64,000 bases of DNA from Raillietiella orientalis (taxonomy: Eukaryota). The notes beneath the pieces are model-generated. The model was not told where the DNA came from, made no database searches, and saw only the letters and a list, made by a program, of their open reading frames with translations. Below are positions 12,601-24,864 of the stretch, piece after piece. How positions within the stretch are numbered: the stretch's first letter is position 1; the number at the start of each line of letters is the position of its first letter. A program made the translations under genes and the position numbers. Location of the stretch: assembly GCA_036172245.1 (NCBI GenBank), contig JAYWIR010000016.1, positions 62,001 through 126,000 of the forward strand. Direction: 5' to 3'.

Positions 12601-14843
12601 AACTCCGAAGAGGATGACCGGGGAAGATGAGTTTCCTCCCCTCACTTCACTCCCACCGTGTTCTTCGGGGTTCTGTCGGAAGGGCGCGCGTCTTCCGAAC
12701 CGCTCCAGAACTGCACCTCAGCAGGTCCCCCGGAGAGTTCCGGAGGAGGCGGTGGGAAGCAGATGACGTGCGGCACTGCTGCGGACGGCAGGCCAAGAGA
12801 AACCGACGGGGAGGGCGTGGGAGGAGGGAACGAGGGAGGCTCGACTGGGAGGCGAGGCCAAAAGACAGAAGTGCGAACTCGGAATGGCGGCGATACCGCC
12901 TTTCCTTAGAGAAGAGCGCGGTCTTCCCGGGGAGGTGCAGCTGACGCGCGGCCTCGACCGAGCCTCTGCGGCTGCTGTCGCTCGAGGGGGTTCTCCCTGG
13001 CCATCTCGAACGGCGAATATCAAAAGCGAGGGGAGGAGAGACGCGCAGTTCTCAGAAGCAAAGGGGAAGGCAGGTGAGAGGAGGGGTGAAGGGAGTGAAC
13101 GGGACTCGCAAGGCACATCGCGGGACGGACGTGCAAAAGAACAGACTCCGGACCATCTAAGTGCGATCCCAACTGAGAAGAGAGTCCTTCCGGGCGCGTA
13201 CGCATCCGAAGGAGATTCCAGCAACAGCAGGCAGTCGGAGTGTCACTGAGAAACACCCTCAGGGTGCAGCTGAGTCGTGGCAACAGGAAAGAGGACCTCG
13301 GAAAAGAGTGGGCGACGTCCTTCACCAGAATGCCCCGGAGCAGAATTCCAGCTTCGCAACGCATCACGACGTGAGGCTCTTCTCTCGCCTGGGAGAACAA
13401 GAGGGACGAGGAACCCCAGCTGGGAGTCCCGCATGGGGTGTGGGAACAGGAGGATGCCACGCCCACTGCTGGGACGCCTGACCCGGCGTGCCAAGGATGC
13501 GCGGGACGTGAAGTGCCGTATGCAGTGAAGACGGGAACCGCTCGCGACCGGATAGGAGGAGGACTGCAGCAGCACTCCCCCTCCCCTTTCGACGGCGACC
13601 TGCTGCTCCCGCGTGCAGTCGGTGCAAGAGGACCCCTCGGACTGAACCTGTCTCGACTGGACATCCGCTGCTTCCTGGAGGGAAACCCTTGCGAAAGCCA
13701 GAGGAGGGCAGTCTCGTCCCGGAGCCGGCAGAGTCTCCCTTTCGGACGTCGGGAAGTTCTGTGCGGCGCTGAACTTTCGAACGCAGCTGAGGAACGTGCG
13801 GTGGGGAGCGCGCACATCCCCTGGCAGCCCTCGTGTGCGCGTGCTCCCCCCTCCCTTCCCGGAAGCCTCGCGTCCTTCGCGAGCGGAGTATTGGGAGTCG
13901 CGACAGGGGGCCGTTGTGGAGACGCGGCGAACACAGTGCACCTTGCGAGCTGGGTGGCGGATGGACGGACTCGCTGCGCTTCCTCCGGCACACCGGGTAC
14001 GGCGGGATCCTCTCCTCCGCCTTCCCGATCTCATCCTCCCTAGACCTCCTTCCGCTCGTCAACACACGTCCCCCGCAGAGCGGGCGAGGCCGCGCATGCC
14101 CTGGCGTCGCGCCACTTTCGTCTCCGACCGCCGCGGCCCTCGCCCTCGCTCTCCGCCGTCTCTCCATCGTTCGCCACCTAGGATGGGGGGCCGTCGCGCA
14201 GGCCATCCCTCCTCGCCACCGGCACGCGACAGCTCGGTGCGTCAGCAGGCGCGAGAGTTCCTGCCGGAAGCTCCCGAAACGCCGACTGCGTTCCCCCTCG
14301 CCCGTTCCGCGGCGGCGCAGGTGCGCCCCCTCTGGACTATCGCCCGTCTCCAGGTTGCGCCGCTTTCCGGGAAAGGAAATCCGAGACCGGGAGCGGAAAC
14401 AGGAATCGACATGACGACGCCACTTCCTGCAGCGGAGCGAATACGTTCGCTCGCGGGAGGGAGGAAGCGTTCGGCGTGAAAGTGTCACGTGGGGGGGAGG
14501 AGGGTCGGTCAAAAGGGGGGCGACCGCCACCTCACCGCCTCGGAAGTGCCGCGCGCCTGCGACTTGCAAACACCCTGCAGCACGGAAAGAAAGGGTTGGG
14601 ATCTTCGTGGGGTGGGTGGGAACCGTGTCGGGGGCACCCACCCCACAGGGAAAGCAGCAACGTCGCCTCTGGTCTTACGCTGCGCGACGACTCGTAGGAC
14701 CGGACGTGGATTCCGACCTCGTTCAACAGCCCTCCCCCCCCTCCACCGCCCGCCCTCCCGTGAAGCCCAGCCCAGTAGAAACAACGCCTTTCAACCGCCC
14801 GCACGAGGGCCGTTCGTTTTCTCGCGTGTGTGTGTTTTTTCCT

Positions 14844-14849
14844 TTTATT
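14844..14849 (-). terminator. Candidate polyadenylation signal of the glutaminase gene
   Basis: AATAAA on the minus strand about 170 nt downstream of the glutaminase stop, just after a U-rich (TTTTA)n stretch. Confidence 0.45.
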
Positions 14850-15018
14850 TCGATCGTAACGATGTGGCTTAAATACGGGAGACAGGAAGACTTGCGCGAA
14901 GGGCGGTAAAATAAAAATAAAAATAAAAAAAAAAAAATTTCAAAAATAATGAAAGACACGAATCACAACGTCGGATTTCGCAGCATCCGCCGAATTCCCG
15001 GGAACCTGCTGGGCCCCG

Positions 15019-17768
15019 TCACTCCGCTTCTGCAGCACCGCTTCGGCCCTTCAGGTACTTGTACACTTCCTCGTGGCCAAAAATCCGGGCGTCGTCAAGC
15101 GGCGTGTGACCCCATCTGTCCTTGCGGTCCACGCTCACCCGGCAGATCTCGATCAGGAAGCGCACACAGTGGAGGTGCCCTTCGGAGGAGGCGAGATGCA
15201 GGGCCGTGCGGCCGTCGTAGTCCCATTGGTCCATGTCCATCCCGGAGAGGAGGTGTCTGATGTTCGCGCGCTCCTCCCTTCCCCTTCTCTCGTTTTCCCC
15301 TTCTCTCACCTCCGCATGGCCGCCACGTCGCCGCTCGCGGCGCTGAACAGCAGCGCCACGATGTTGGATCCTTTGGATTCGTACTTGTGGTGGTAGAGTC
15401 CCAGCTTGTTGATGGAGCCACGGACACACTCGAACCGGTGCAGGTGGAACATCCGGACCATGTCCTGGGGGATGAACACACAACAGGCACGTGCCCCTCG
15501 ATCTGCCCCATGGCCCCCCACCACCCTTCCCCTCCCCGTTCCCTTCCCTTCCTGTCCCCTGAAGGAAGGAAGGGGAGGCGGCAGGGTAGGTGAGGGTGGA
15601 TGGGAGGAGGGTCGGCCTCTCACCTCGCAAAACCGCACTCCGCGGACCGAGTTCCCTAGCGAGTCCAGGGGAGGAGACCACAAGCACAAGCCCAGGATCT
15701 GCGGAACTACTACCAGCATGACACCCGAAACGCCCGACTTGGCCGGCAGACCCACCTGGGCGAAACCGTCTGGTCACGAAGTTTCCGGGCAACTCACTTT
15801 GAAGGCGAACTGGCCCGAGTAGTCGTACATCCCGCAGGAGTGCATGAGGGACAGCACATCCCGGACGGCCTCTGGCTTCACGATCTTCTCGTCGGTGATG
15901 GGGCAAACGCCTCCGTTTGCGAAAGTCGCCGCCATCACCGCCACGCTCTCGCAGTGGCTTTCCAAGGAGCAAGACTGCGGGGGGAGAAGGGGGTGAAGGG
16001 AAACACGCCCTTCCTGGCCGGCTCCGAAGGGGAGGGCGGCCGGTGTCCCCGCTCCTTCCCCTCAAGCTCGCGGCGCGTTACCTGGAAGTAGTAGTCCATC
16101 ACCTCCATCAGCGGGGTGTTGACCGGGAAGCATTTGTTTTCCCGCATGTAGTAGGCCAGGGCGAAGTTCCGGTCAGCGTTGTCCCTCTCGGAGAGGAAGG
16201 CGCTGTTGTTGAAGCCCACGTACTCGCCTCCTGATAGATTCTTGAAGGATGGGGGGAAAAGGGGGGGGATGTCATCATGGAGGAAGGAGAAACGGATGAG
16301 TATTCACCTTAAAATAGGTTTGCGTGTAGTCGAACTTTTGAGATCGGTTCATCTCAGGTTTGAAGAGCGTCTGTATGAGCCCTGCCACCATGATGGCGCC
16401 TGCATTGATCATGGGGTTGTGAGGCTTGTCTGGACAGCGTGCGAAAAGACGGGCTGAGGGCAATCACTAAGGCAACGCGCAACACTCACGGCTGTAGTCC
16501 AGGACCAGCTCGTTGAACATCCTCCCGCTGGGCTCCTGCCCTACGAACTTGTGCACACGTTCCGCGCCCAGCTCGTTCAGAGCCATCGAGTACACGATCG
16601 GCTTGCTGAGAATGGAAGGAGAAAGAGGAGGACGTGAGATGGTTGCGAGTCCCCTGGTCCACCACATCCCTGCATCTTTCCGGATCTCACCTACCTTACC
16701 GACTGCAGCGTGAAGGGAATGAGCACGTCCCCCATTGAGAATCGCTGCCCATCCACCGTGCACAGGGACACCCCCCAGTAGTGAGGCTTGTACTCTGCTA
16801 GCTGAGGGATGTAATCTGCAACCTGCAACGTGATTGCCCTCGCCCATCGGGAAACGCTCCTTTGGCAAAGGGCAGCTGCATACCTTTCCTTCCGAGATTT
16901 CACTGCACTGTAAATACAGCTGCTTGATATGCTTGGTGAACTCCTGGAACTGGGGGATCCCGAATTGTTCCCGGAACGCCTTCGACAGTAGGCTGACGCT
17001 GTTTTTGAGGAGCCTGGAGATGAGAAATGGGGACTTTTCGACTCTTTTCCTCCCAGGGGCAGCCTCGCCCCTCGAGCACATACCTCTTGAAGAGGTGCAG
17101 GTCCAGGCACAGGGAGTCCACGCTGGCCATCGAGGAGCTCGACTCGGCGAGTATCTCCTTCAAGGTGATCATCATCTCCTTCAGCCTAGGGTCCGTCCTG
17201 CGCAGCCCGGTCGATTCCAGGGCCTGCCCATCGGGAAGACCCCGCGTCCTTCCGCCAGCCCCGGCCGGCTTCGCCAGCCCGTACTCACCGTGATAAATCT
17301 CCCAGCATTTACTTTTTCATTTTCGTCCTTGAAGATGTCGAAAAGCACATCCTCGATGCTCTCCACCACGGTTTCCTCCGTGCTGGAATGCAAAGGATGC
17401 AAATTATGCATGCACAGGGGAAAGGAACGCCAGTTCGCCGGCACACATGAAATCGATAAAACCTCAGCCGCAGCTCCGACATACCCAACGCTCCACAGCC
17501 ATTTTCAGAGACCAACGTGACTGTGCTTTGGGGTCTTTTTGTACAGCGCGCACGAAAAGGCTCGAGACACGTCTAATAAAGCAGAGAGAGAGAGAGAGAG
17601 AGAGAGAAAGGGAGAGGGAGAGGAAAAAAAAAAAAAAAAAAAAAAAAGGAAGGCATGAGCATAAAGGCAAACCTGATCAGGTCTTGGGAATCGTAGAAAA
17701 AGCTAAGAGCGTTGTCATGAGTGATGTACTTTTTCGAAGTCTGTCTGGGGAAACTGGACATCCTCGAG
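15019..17768 (-). CDS. GLS: Glutaminase (kidney/GLS type) with C-terminal ankyrin repeats, exons 2-13
   Basis: Phase-consistent GT-AG exons: 17673-17768, 17289-17382, 17084-17223, 16884-17013, 16695-16822, 16490-16605, 16308-16429, 16082-16240, 15798-15974, 15624-15755, 15310-15464, 15019-15256 (TGA). Glutaminase motifs are intact: [21 protein letters not shown], catalytic S-x-x-K in [76 protein letters not shown]. Ankyrin motifs [11 protein letters not shown] and [11 protein letters not shown] follow. With the 22313-22362 exon the CDS is 1737 nt (578 aa); an in-frame ATG at 17761 is an alternative start. Confidence 0.96.
17583..17647. repeat. (AG)n microsatellite followed by a poly-A run, inside a glutaminase intron
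   Basis: Seen directly: AG repeat 17583-17607, A-run 17624-17647. Confidence 0.9.
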
Positions 17769-20411
17769 CTTGCAAACCCGAAAGAACCGGAGACTCTTTT
17801 CTTCTTCTTCCTCCTTCTCTTTGCCCAACGCGACGCACACAACCTTAGGAGGCCGCCATGCTGCTGCTTAACACAAAGGCCATCTTTCCGGCTGCCAAGA
17901 AGGCTCAACGGGTCTCCCTGTCGAGTGGGCTTGCGTCATCCGGCCCAAACAAGTCCACTATCGATTTTTCCTTCGCAAGGAAAATGGCCAATAATTGACA
18001 AGCTGGGCTTCTGCCTGTCCTTTGAAGTTTCCTCCGTGCTGCAGCAGCCGCAGCCTCCGGAATGCGGGACGGAGGGAAGAGGAGGAGGAGGACGCCGGCA
18101 CCGTGCGCGCGGGAAGAATCGGAGACCACCGTCCGCTCGGGGGCGCGTCGTACGACTCTGCTCCGCCCGGCGGCCGCGCGAGGAGACTGCGCGCGAGGAA
18201 CCTTCTGGAGAGTTCCGGAAAGGAAGGGAAAAAAAACAAACACGCGGACACGCCTCTCTCCCTCTCTCTCTCTCTGCATTGTTGTCTTTTCCGCCTCCGC
18301 TCCTCGACCACGTCGGTCTCGGAGGTGCCAAGTCGCGTCGGGACGCCGCGCGAAAGGTGTTCTCTCCCTCTTCCGACCTCCCCCTCCCCCCCCCCCTCTT
18401 CCCCGTTTCCACCTCCCCCCGCCCCCTGCGGAAGGGAAGCGTATTTTTGGACCTTTGCTTCACGCTTTTCGCCAACATCGTAGTGAAACCCAATCGCTGT
18501 TTGCGCAAGCGCCAACCACGGAAGCACGTTATTCGAGCCGCCGCCTCCTCCCACGCGATGCGCGTGGGTTCTCTCCCTCCCTCCCTCCGCGCGGAAAACG
18601 CAAGGGAGCGCGGGGGCAGGAGGGGGGCCAGAACGGAACAAGACAAAAACTCGGAACGCCGGTTATGGCCAGGCAGGGAGAACACGCACAAAAAAAAAAA
18701 GAAAACAAAAAAATCCGACTTCCGGAACGCACTGGCTCCGCACGGCACCAGAAAGTCTTCAGCGGATTAAGATAGTCTTTCGTGAGCACGCGCCGGGAAA
18801 GGAGGCACCCCGTTCGGGAATCCGCGTTTCGCTCGATCGGTACTTTTCGCCAGGGAAGGGTTCCCCGTGCAGGGACGCGGAGGAGCGTCCACGAGCGGCG
18901 CATCCCCATGGGAGAAAGGACGGACGGACGGACGGGTTCCTCAAAAAGAGGAAGCCTGCTGAGCCTCACCGGAGGGGAGGGAGGACCGGGGGGGGGGGGG
19001 GGAGAGAGGAAATGGAGCGCTGAGAGGAAGCGGAACAAGACGGGCGGGGTCGGTGGAGACGCGCTCCTCTGCTCTCGAGCATCCAGCTGCCGGGGCGAAG
19101 GGGAGAGAAGGGAATCCTACGTCGGAGCTTCTCGGCGGGACGAACGGAGCTTCTACGGTGACCCACGGCAACCGGGATAGGAGGAGGAGGGTAAGGGAAG
19201 GAGGAGTCCCAGGTGTCTTTCCGAGCGGGACGGAGCGCGCCGTAGACACGCGAACGCCGGGTGCTGGCGAGACGGGAGCGGAAGGCTGGACCGCGGGCCG
19301 TCGGACGAGCGGGGGAGGGCGAGACCACCATCCACGCGTACGACCGGCCCCGGAGGACCCGCGGATGGGAAGGAACGGCCTGTCCGGGACGCCGCCGCGC
19401 GCGCCTCTCGCGGGAATGGACCAGAAGACTTGAGGACGGGGAGGGGGGGAGACGAACTCCACGGGGATCGCGCGTGTGCCGAGGTCGGGTGGGTGGGAGG
19501 AGCGTCCGTCTCGCCCACCCATCCACCCCGCCGTCACTCGCGAACCGCGACTCCCCGGCGGCGGCCGGAAAGGCGCGGTACCTGGGAAATGACCGTGAGG
19601 AAGGTGGAAGAGACAGGAAGTCACGTCCAGTAAGGGGCGAGCCCGTTCCCGCACGACGTCGGGAGTGGCAGCGCGCGTGGGAGCTTCCGGGAGGAGGGCA
19701 CGATCGGCCTGCAGCATCAGACGGAACGCACAGGTACCCCTTGACGCCCCCCACCCTCCCCTTGACGTACAGTGAGAGGCGGTGCTCTCCTGGCGACCCC
19801 TCGGCCTCGGGTCAAGGGGCGCCCGGGGGAAGGGGCGGACGGGGGAGGAGAGTCGGAAGGGAGCGCGCAGAACAGAGGTGGAGGTGCCGCGGGCGAGACC
19901 TCCGCAGAGGACAGATACGGCGAGGGACCGCGCGGCAGCCTTCCAAGGACCTCCGGAAGACGAGGAGGTCAGCGAAGGGGAGGTCAGGCACACTCGAAAG
20001 GAAATTGACCAACTGACCTGTGCACAGGATCTGCCGGCGCGCGCGGAGGGGGAGGGGGGAGGAGCGAATGCACTCTGGAAACCCCAGGGGCTCGTCACTC
20101 TTTCGGACAGCACCCGCGCTAAGGAAGCGGCCCTTCGACCCCGTGGCGTCCATGGGGCGCGGGGAGGGGCGGGATCGAGGGTCCTCGCCCTCGACCCTCC
20201 AGCGCGGTCGTTTCCCGCTTCCGCCACCGCCTCTTCCGCGGGCGGCGCGATGTCACGGCATCTCCGCGTTCGCAGCGCCGATACGCGCGCGAGCGGTCCG
20301 GCGAAGCAGCGCAAAGAGGAGAGGGAGGACGGCAGTCGGGAGACCGGCGCTTCAGCCGCACGCACTCCTCGCGGATGCAAAGGTCTGCAGGCCTGCGGGA
20401 GATTTCATCTC

Positions 20412-20443
<32 letters not shown>

Positions 20444-21121
20444 TTTTTTTTTTTTTTTGCGCGCGCGCGCGCCCATCGTCGTTGTGCCCCCCGTCGGTTG
20501 AGGTCACCGCTAGAGAAAAAACTCACGGCGAAAGCCGTCAACGCGGAGCAACGCAAGCGAGATTGACAGCGGGGGTGGTGGAGGAGGACGAGCACCGAGG
20601 ATGGCCGTTCCGGGAAGGGGGCGCGTCCTCCGGAGCGGGACAGGGACGTCCGGTGGCGGAGGGCGTCCCCTTCTCCACCACCATCGGATCCCTGCGGGAA
20701 TCATCGCGCATTCCCCCCCCCCCTTCCCCCGGAGGGCATCCTGTAGGACTCGGGAGCGGAGGCGGCAGCAGTCGAGGATGGAGGAGAGGAGCGAGGGGGA
20801 AAGGAGGAAGAAACCGCGAGCTCCTTCTGGATAGCTGCAGAGGAGACCCCCTCAGCCGACTCCTTCCGTGGACTCCTGGAGGTTAGGGGGGAGGTGGGGT
20901 GAGATGCTTTTGCTGCGCTCCCCGGGAAGGGAAGAGAAGGGGAGAGAGGGAGAACCGCATTTGTCCCTCCTCAAACTCTACACAAGGGCAGCCACTACCC
21001 CCAGAGGAGGGCCAACACCCTCCCGGGAGGAAGTCCGGCTTCCCTTTCGGTGAACGGACGAACGGGAGGGGCGGAGTGGAACCCTGATCTCCACCTCCTC
21101 TTTCACACTGGAAACCTCCTT

Positions 21122-21443
21122 CTCCTTCTTTACTCCCCTCTTCCGGGAGGGGACGGAAGGCGGGCAGGGGAGGGGGGGAAGGAACGGCTGGTAGACGGAA
21201 ACTGGAGCGCCCGGGGACAGGTCAATCGTTCCCGCTGACCAGATCGTTCTCTGGGGAGGCACCCACGGTCCCTCCGGGCTCTCCCCCTTTCCTCCCCGAA
21301 CCGACCCTCTCCCCTCTCTCCCCGCGAGAGCTCCCCGAAAGGACGGTGGTCCCCTCTCGAGGGTTGGCGTGGCTCCCCCCTCCCCCTCTCGGTCTCATCC
21401 CAGAAGGGAGGCACGTATCCCAAGGGGCTTCCCTGGGAGGACA
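21122..21443 (+). repeat. Copy A of a ~300-bp dispersed direct repeat
   Basis: Near-identical to 25015-25315, e.g. shared ccgaaccgaccctctcccctctctccccgcgagagct and ctcggtctcatcccagaagggaggcacgtat. Copy A has about 21-22 extra nt. Confidence 0.92.
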
Positions 21444-22312
21444 CCGGAACCCACGAAAGACGAGGGGGGGAGCACGGAAGCGTCCAGGACGTGTCCTGCC
21501 GAGGAGGAGGACGAGTGCGGTGGCTCCCTGCCCTTTCTTGCCCGCGAAGGGCTACGCTGCGCACAAGGAAGGGAGGAGGCGCGAGCGGGGATAAACTCCA
21601 GAGGCGACCTGGCAATCCACCTGAGCCCTCGGACGAGGATGGGAGGGCGGTGGTTGCGGCTCTGAATCGCCCTCCTTCACCATTCCTCCAGGCAGCCTTC
21701 GCCCGCCACGAGGCGGGGGAGGAGGTAGCAGCGTGCGCTCGAGGATCGTCTGGCCAGCCACTCTCCCTCAGGGAAGCGATCCTTCCCGGAAGCGAAACCC
21801 GACGATCCCCCTTTACCGGCGCCTGCAACCGGAGACCCCCGGCGGCGCGGAAGACAGAAGGTTTCTTCCCTCCCCACTCCCTCGTTCCCGGCCAGAACGC
21901 GAGACGGGGACACGGGCGGACTCCACGCGCGCGCGCGCCCGCTGCCTAGCAACGCCCGATCGCGTCCACGGCAGCCGGGGATGTGTACGGGGGGCTGAGG
22001 ACCGGAGGCGCTCCCTCCCCTTCTCCCCAGGAACGCGAGGGCGCGTGCGCAGGGAACGCCGTCCTGCCCCATCCTCCCGTCCGTCCGTGAGGGGATGCCT
22101 GCCTAGAAAAAGGGAGAGGCTCACGCCGGCGCTCCCGGGGGGGGGGGGGGGAGCGCATTGATCTGCGGCCGTTTCCGGTCGCGCGCGCAAGCTCGCGCCG
22201 GGGCGGGAGGGGATGGGACGGGCGCGAAAATGGCGGTGGCGCTCCGCCTGCCTGCTCGCCACCCTTCCCTCCAGTCGCGCGTGCGCCACTCCCCCCCCCC
22301 TTCTGCACTTAC

Positions 22313-22362
22313 ATCTCCACGATGTGGTTGAAGTCGACCTTCTCGAACGGCACCCACCCCAT
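22313..22362 (-). CDS. GLS: Probable first coding exon of glutaminase (MGWVPFEKVDFNHIVE)
   Basis: accATGg start context and a strong donor (AT|gtaagt). The phase-2 end joins in frame to the acceptor at 17768, giving [26 protein letters not shown]. The ~4.5-kb intron is inferred. Confidence 0.6.
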
Positions 22363-24864
22363 GGTCGTCTCTCCTGCGGCAGGCGCACGCGCGCGCGGCG
22401 GGCGTGTCCGACGAGGGCGCTGGAGGGAGGCCGAGCTGCTACTGCCGGGCACCTGACGCCGAGCCGCCAGATATAGCGCGGGTGGCGGCGGCGGCGGCAG
22501 CGGCTGGAGAGCGCACGGGAAGACGTCCTGGGCCGCGGGGGCGGGGGCGGAGGCGGGAGGAGGGCTGCTGCAGGGGAGGACCTCGCGCTGCCGCAGTCTC
22601 TCCTCCCCTCCACCCGCCCGCCCGTCGTCGTCGTCGTCGCCTGGCCTGCATATCGCGGGCGCGCGACCGCCGTCGCAGATAACGCACGCACGCAGACGGG
22701 CGGAAGGAGGAGGAAGGAGGCGCGATAAACGCGGGGTAGGAGGAGGAGGAGGAGCTGCGAGGATAGGGAGGGGGGAGGGTGGCAAGCGGAAGGTGACCTT
22801 CCGCGACCGCGGGCGCTCCCTCTCCAGGACGTGGCGCCGCCGCCCAGCAAGCTGCGCGGCGACCGTGTCCACCCGCTGCCCTTCGAGAAGAGACGCGCTT
22901 TCCGGGAGTCCCGGCCGAAGCTGCACCGGAGCGCCCACCAGGAGGCAGGATAGAAGCGGAACGTGGCGGATGGGCGTGTCGGGGAGCCTCTCGGACTGTG
23001 CTCTCCCTCTCCGGCCCAAAGGAGAGAGCGCTTGGCTCCTTCCGGCGAGCTCTGCGAGGGAATAAGGGACGGTCAGGTTGGGGGCGCTCCGTCGACGCAT
23101 TCTCGCGACTGGGGTGAGGGTCCTCGGGGGTCGGGCAGAAGTCGCCGACGCGTTGCGCAACATCCAACCCGCTCTTCGGCGGCGAGGGGAGGAAAAGGGG
23201 GAGATGGGAGGAGGGAAGGGTATCGCCCTGGGAAGGGTCCTCCCATCCTTCCTCCTCCTCTTGGGTGTACGTCGCTCGCTCCTCCCAGCTTCCGGCGCCG
23301 CGGGGCTAGGAGTCGTCACTTCCTGGCGCCCTCAGCGCCAAAGCGAACGGGACAAGGAAAGGGAAGAGGGGACGCGCACGACCTTCGGAGAGCGGCCTGT
23401 GCCCGGGACTCGTCTCACGATGAGCGGCGCGAGCCCATCTAGGGACCCCGTCTCCCGGAACGAGGGCGAGGGAGGGAGGGAGAGAGTGGGGGGGGGGGGA
23501 AGGCGAGAGGAGGACTCACCTCTCCTGCCGAGCGAGCAGCCCCTTCCCGATAAACGCGCGCAGCCCTGACTGACTCCCTCCCTTGAACCTGGTCCGCCCT
23601 CGTTCTGTCCCTCGGTGCCGCAGGCAGCTTGAAATTCGCTATCCGCGGCGGCGGGGGTTCTGGGCGTGGGCATGGGTGACTGGCAAGGCGACGCGCGGAG
23701 GTTCGGCCCGTCTTCGCCCTCGCGCACGCGTCCTTGCGCTGCCTCCCCTGCAAAGTTGCCGTAAGGAGACGGTCCTCTAGCAGAGCCAGCGGCTCCTCTC
23801 CTTACGGCTCCCCGCCTTCCGGCAGACTGATCGGTGTCCCGCACCCGCAAACCGTCGCAGCCACTCAATCCCCGGAAGGGAAGGAGGGGGGGGAGTCGTC
23901 GCCTCTCCCCCCACCAGGTCCTTCCCGCCTGATCCGCTCACCCTTAGGACTCTGGGAATGGAGTCGCCCTACTTGGAGATGAGCTCAGCAGGACCGGAGA
24001 AGGGAGGTGCCCTGGGCTGCCAGAGGCCAGTGGACAGACAGGAAGTTTGGAGCAGGAATGGAGACCCCCGGACTGCAGAGGTCAGCTCAAGCGGACCGGG
24101 AGGGAGGGGCAAAGGAGACCCCCATCGAGGCGCAGGCGAGCTCGTAGTCCTCGCCTTCGCCCCGGGCGCAGCAGTGCGCCCCAATCGACCTGAAAGTCAA
24201 GCCGGCTCTCCCTGGACTACTGCCGCCGCAGCCGTTGCCCGGGAGCTTCCCCGGAGAAGCAGGCGGGAGCAGGAGGAGCCGGGAGGGATTGCTTTCCTGT
24301 TCCCCGCGAAGGGTCTTCTGCTTTGTTCCTCCTCCGGGCTCCAGGACAGCGCGAGGATCCCCCTCCCTTCTTCCTCCTCCCCCCCTTCTCCCACCCATCC
24401 ACCATCTTTCCTGCCGGTTGCGGTTGTCCAGCACCTCTTCATGCGCGCGTGCGGCCGCCCATCCCACCAAGAGGACGCCCACCAGACGCTTCGCCGACGG
24501 CAGCATAGGGGGCAGGCGGCCTCGACTGCCCGAAGACTCCTCTGAGGGGCTGGCGCGCGCGAGAGAGAGAGAAGAAGGAGGGAGACAGGAGAAGGTAAAC
24601 AAGCAAATGGAAGAATCAGAACGAAAGAAAGGAGTGCGGCGGCTCGTGCGACACACCGGGTGGTCCACCCCGTCCCGGGGGATAGGCGGGAGCGACCACG
24701 AGCTCTGACCTCTCCGAGCGTCAGGAACCTCGACTTTCCCCTTGGGGAGGCAGCCTCCCCTCCATTCTGCAGCAGCCGCACTCTCTCTCATCTTCGGAGA
24801 TGTCTTTGATCCTGGTTCCTTTCCTCACGGGGCGCGAAGGAGTGCCTGCAGGAAAATCCTACGG

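Noticed and set aside
17485..17520. Extra small glutaminase exon with a gtatgt donor
   Set aside because: Inclusion in the required phase introduces a TGA stop.
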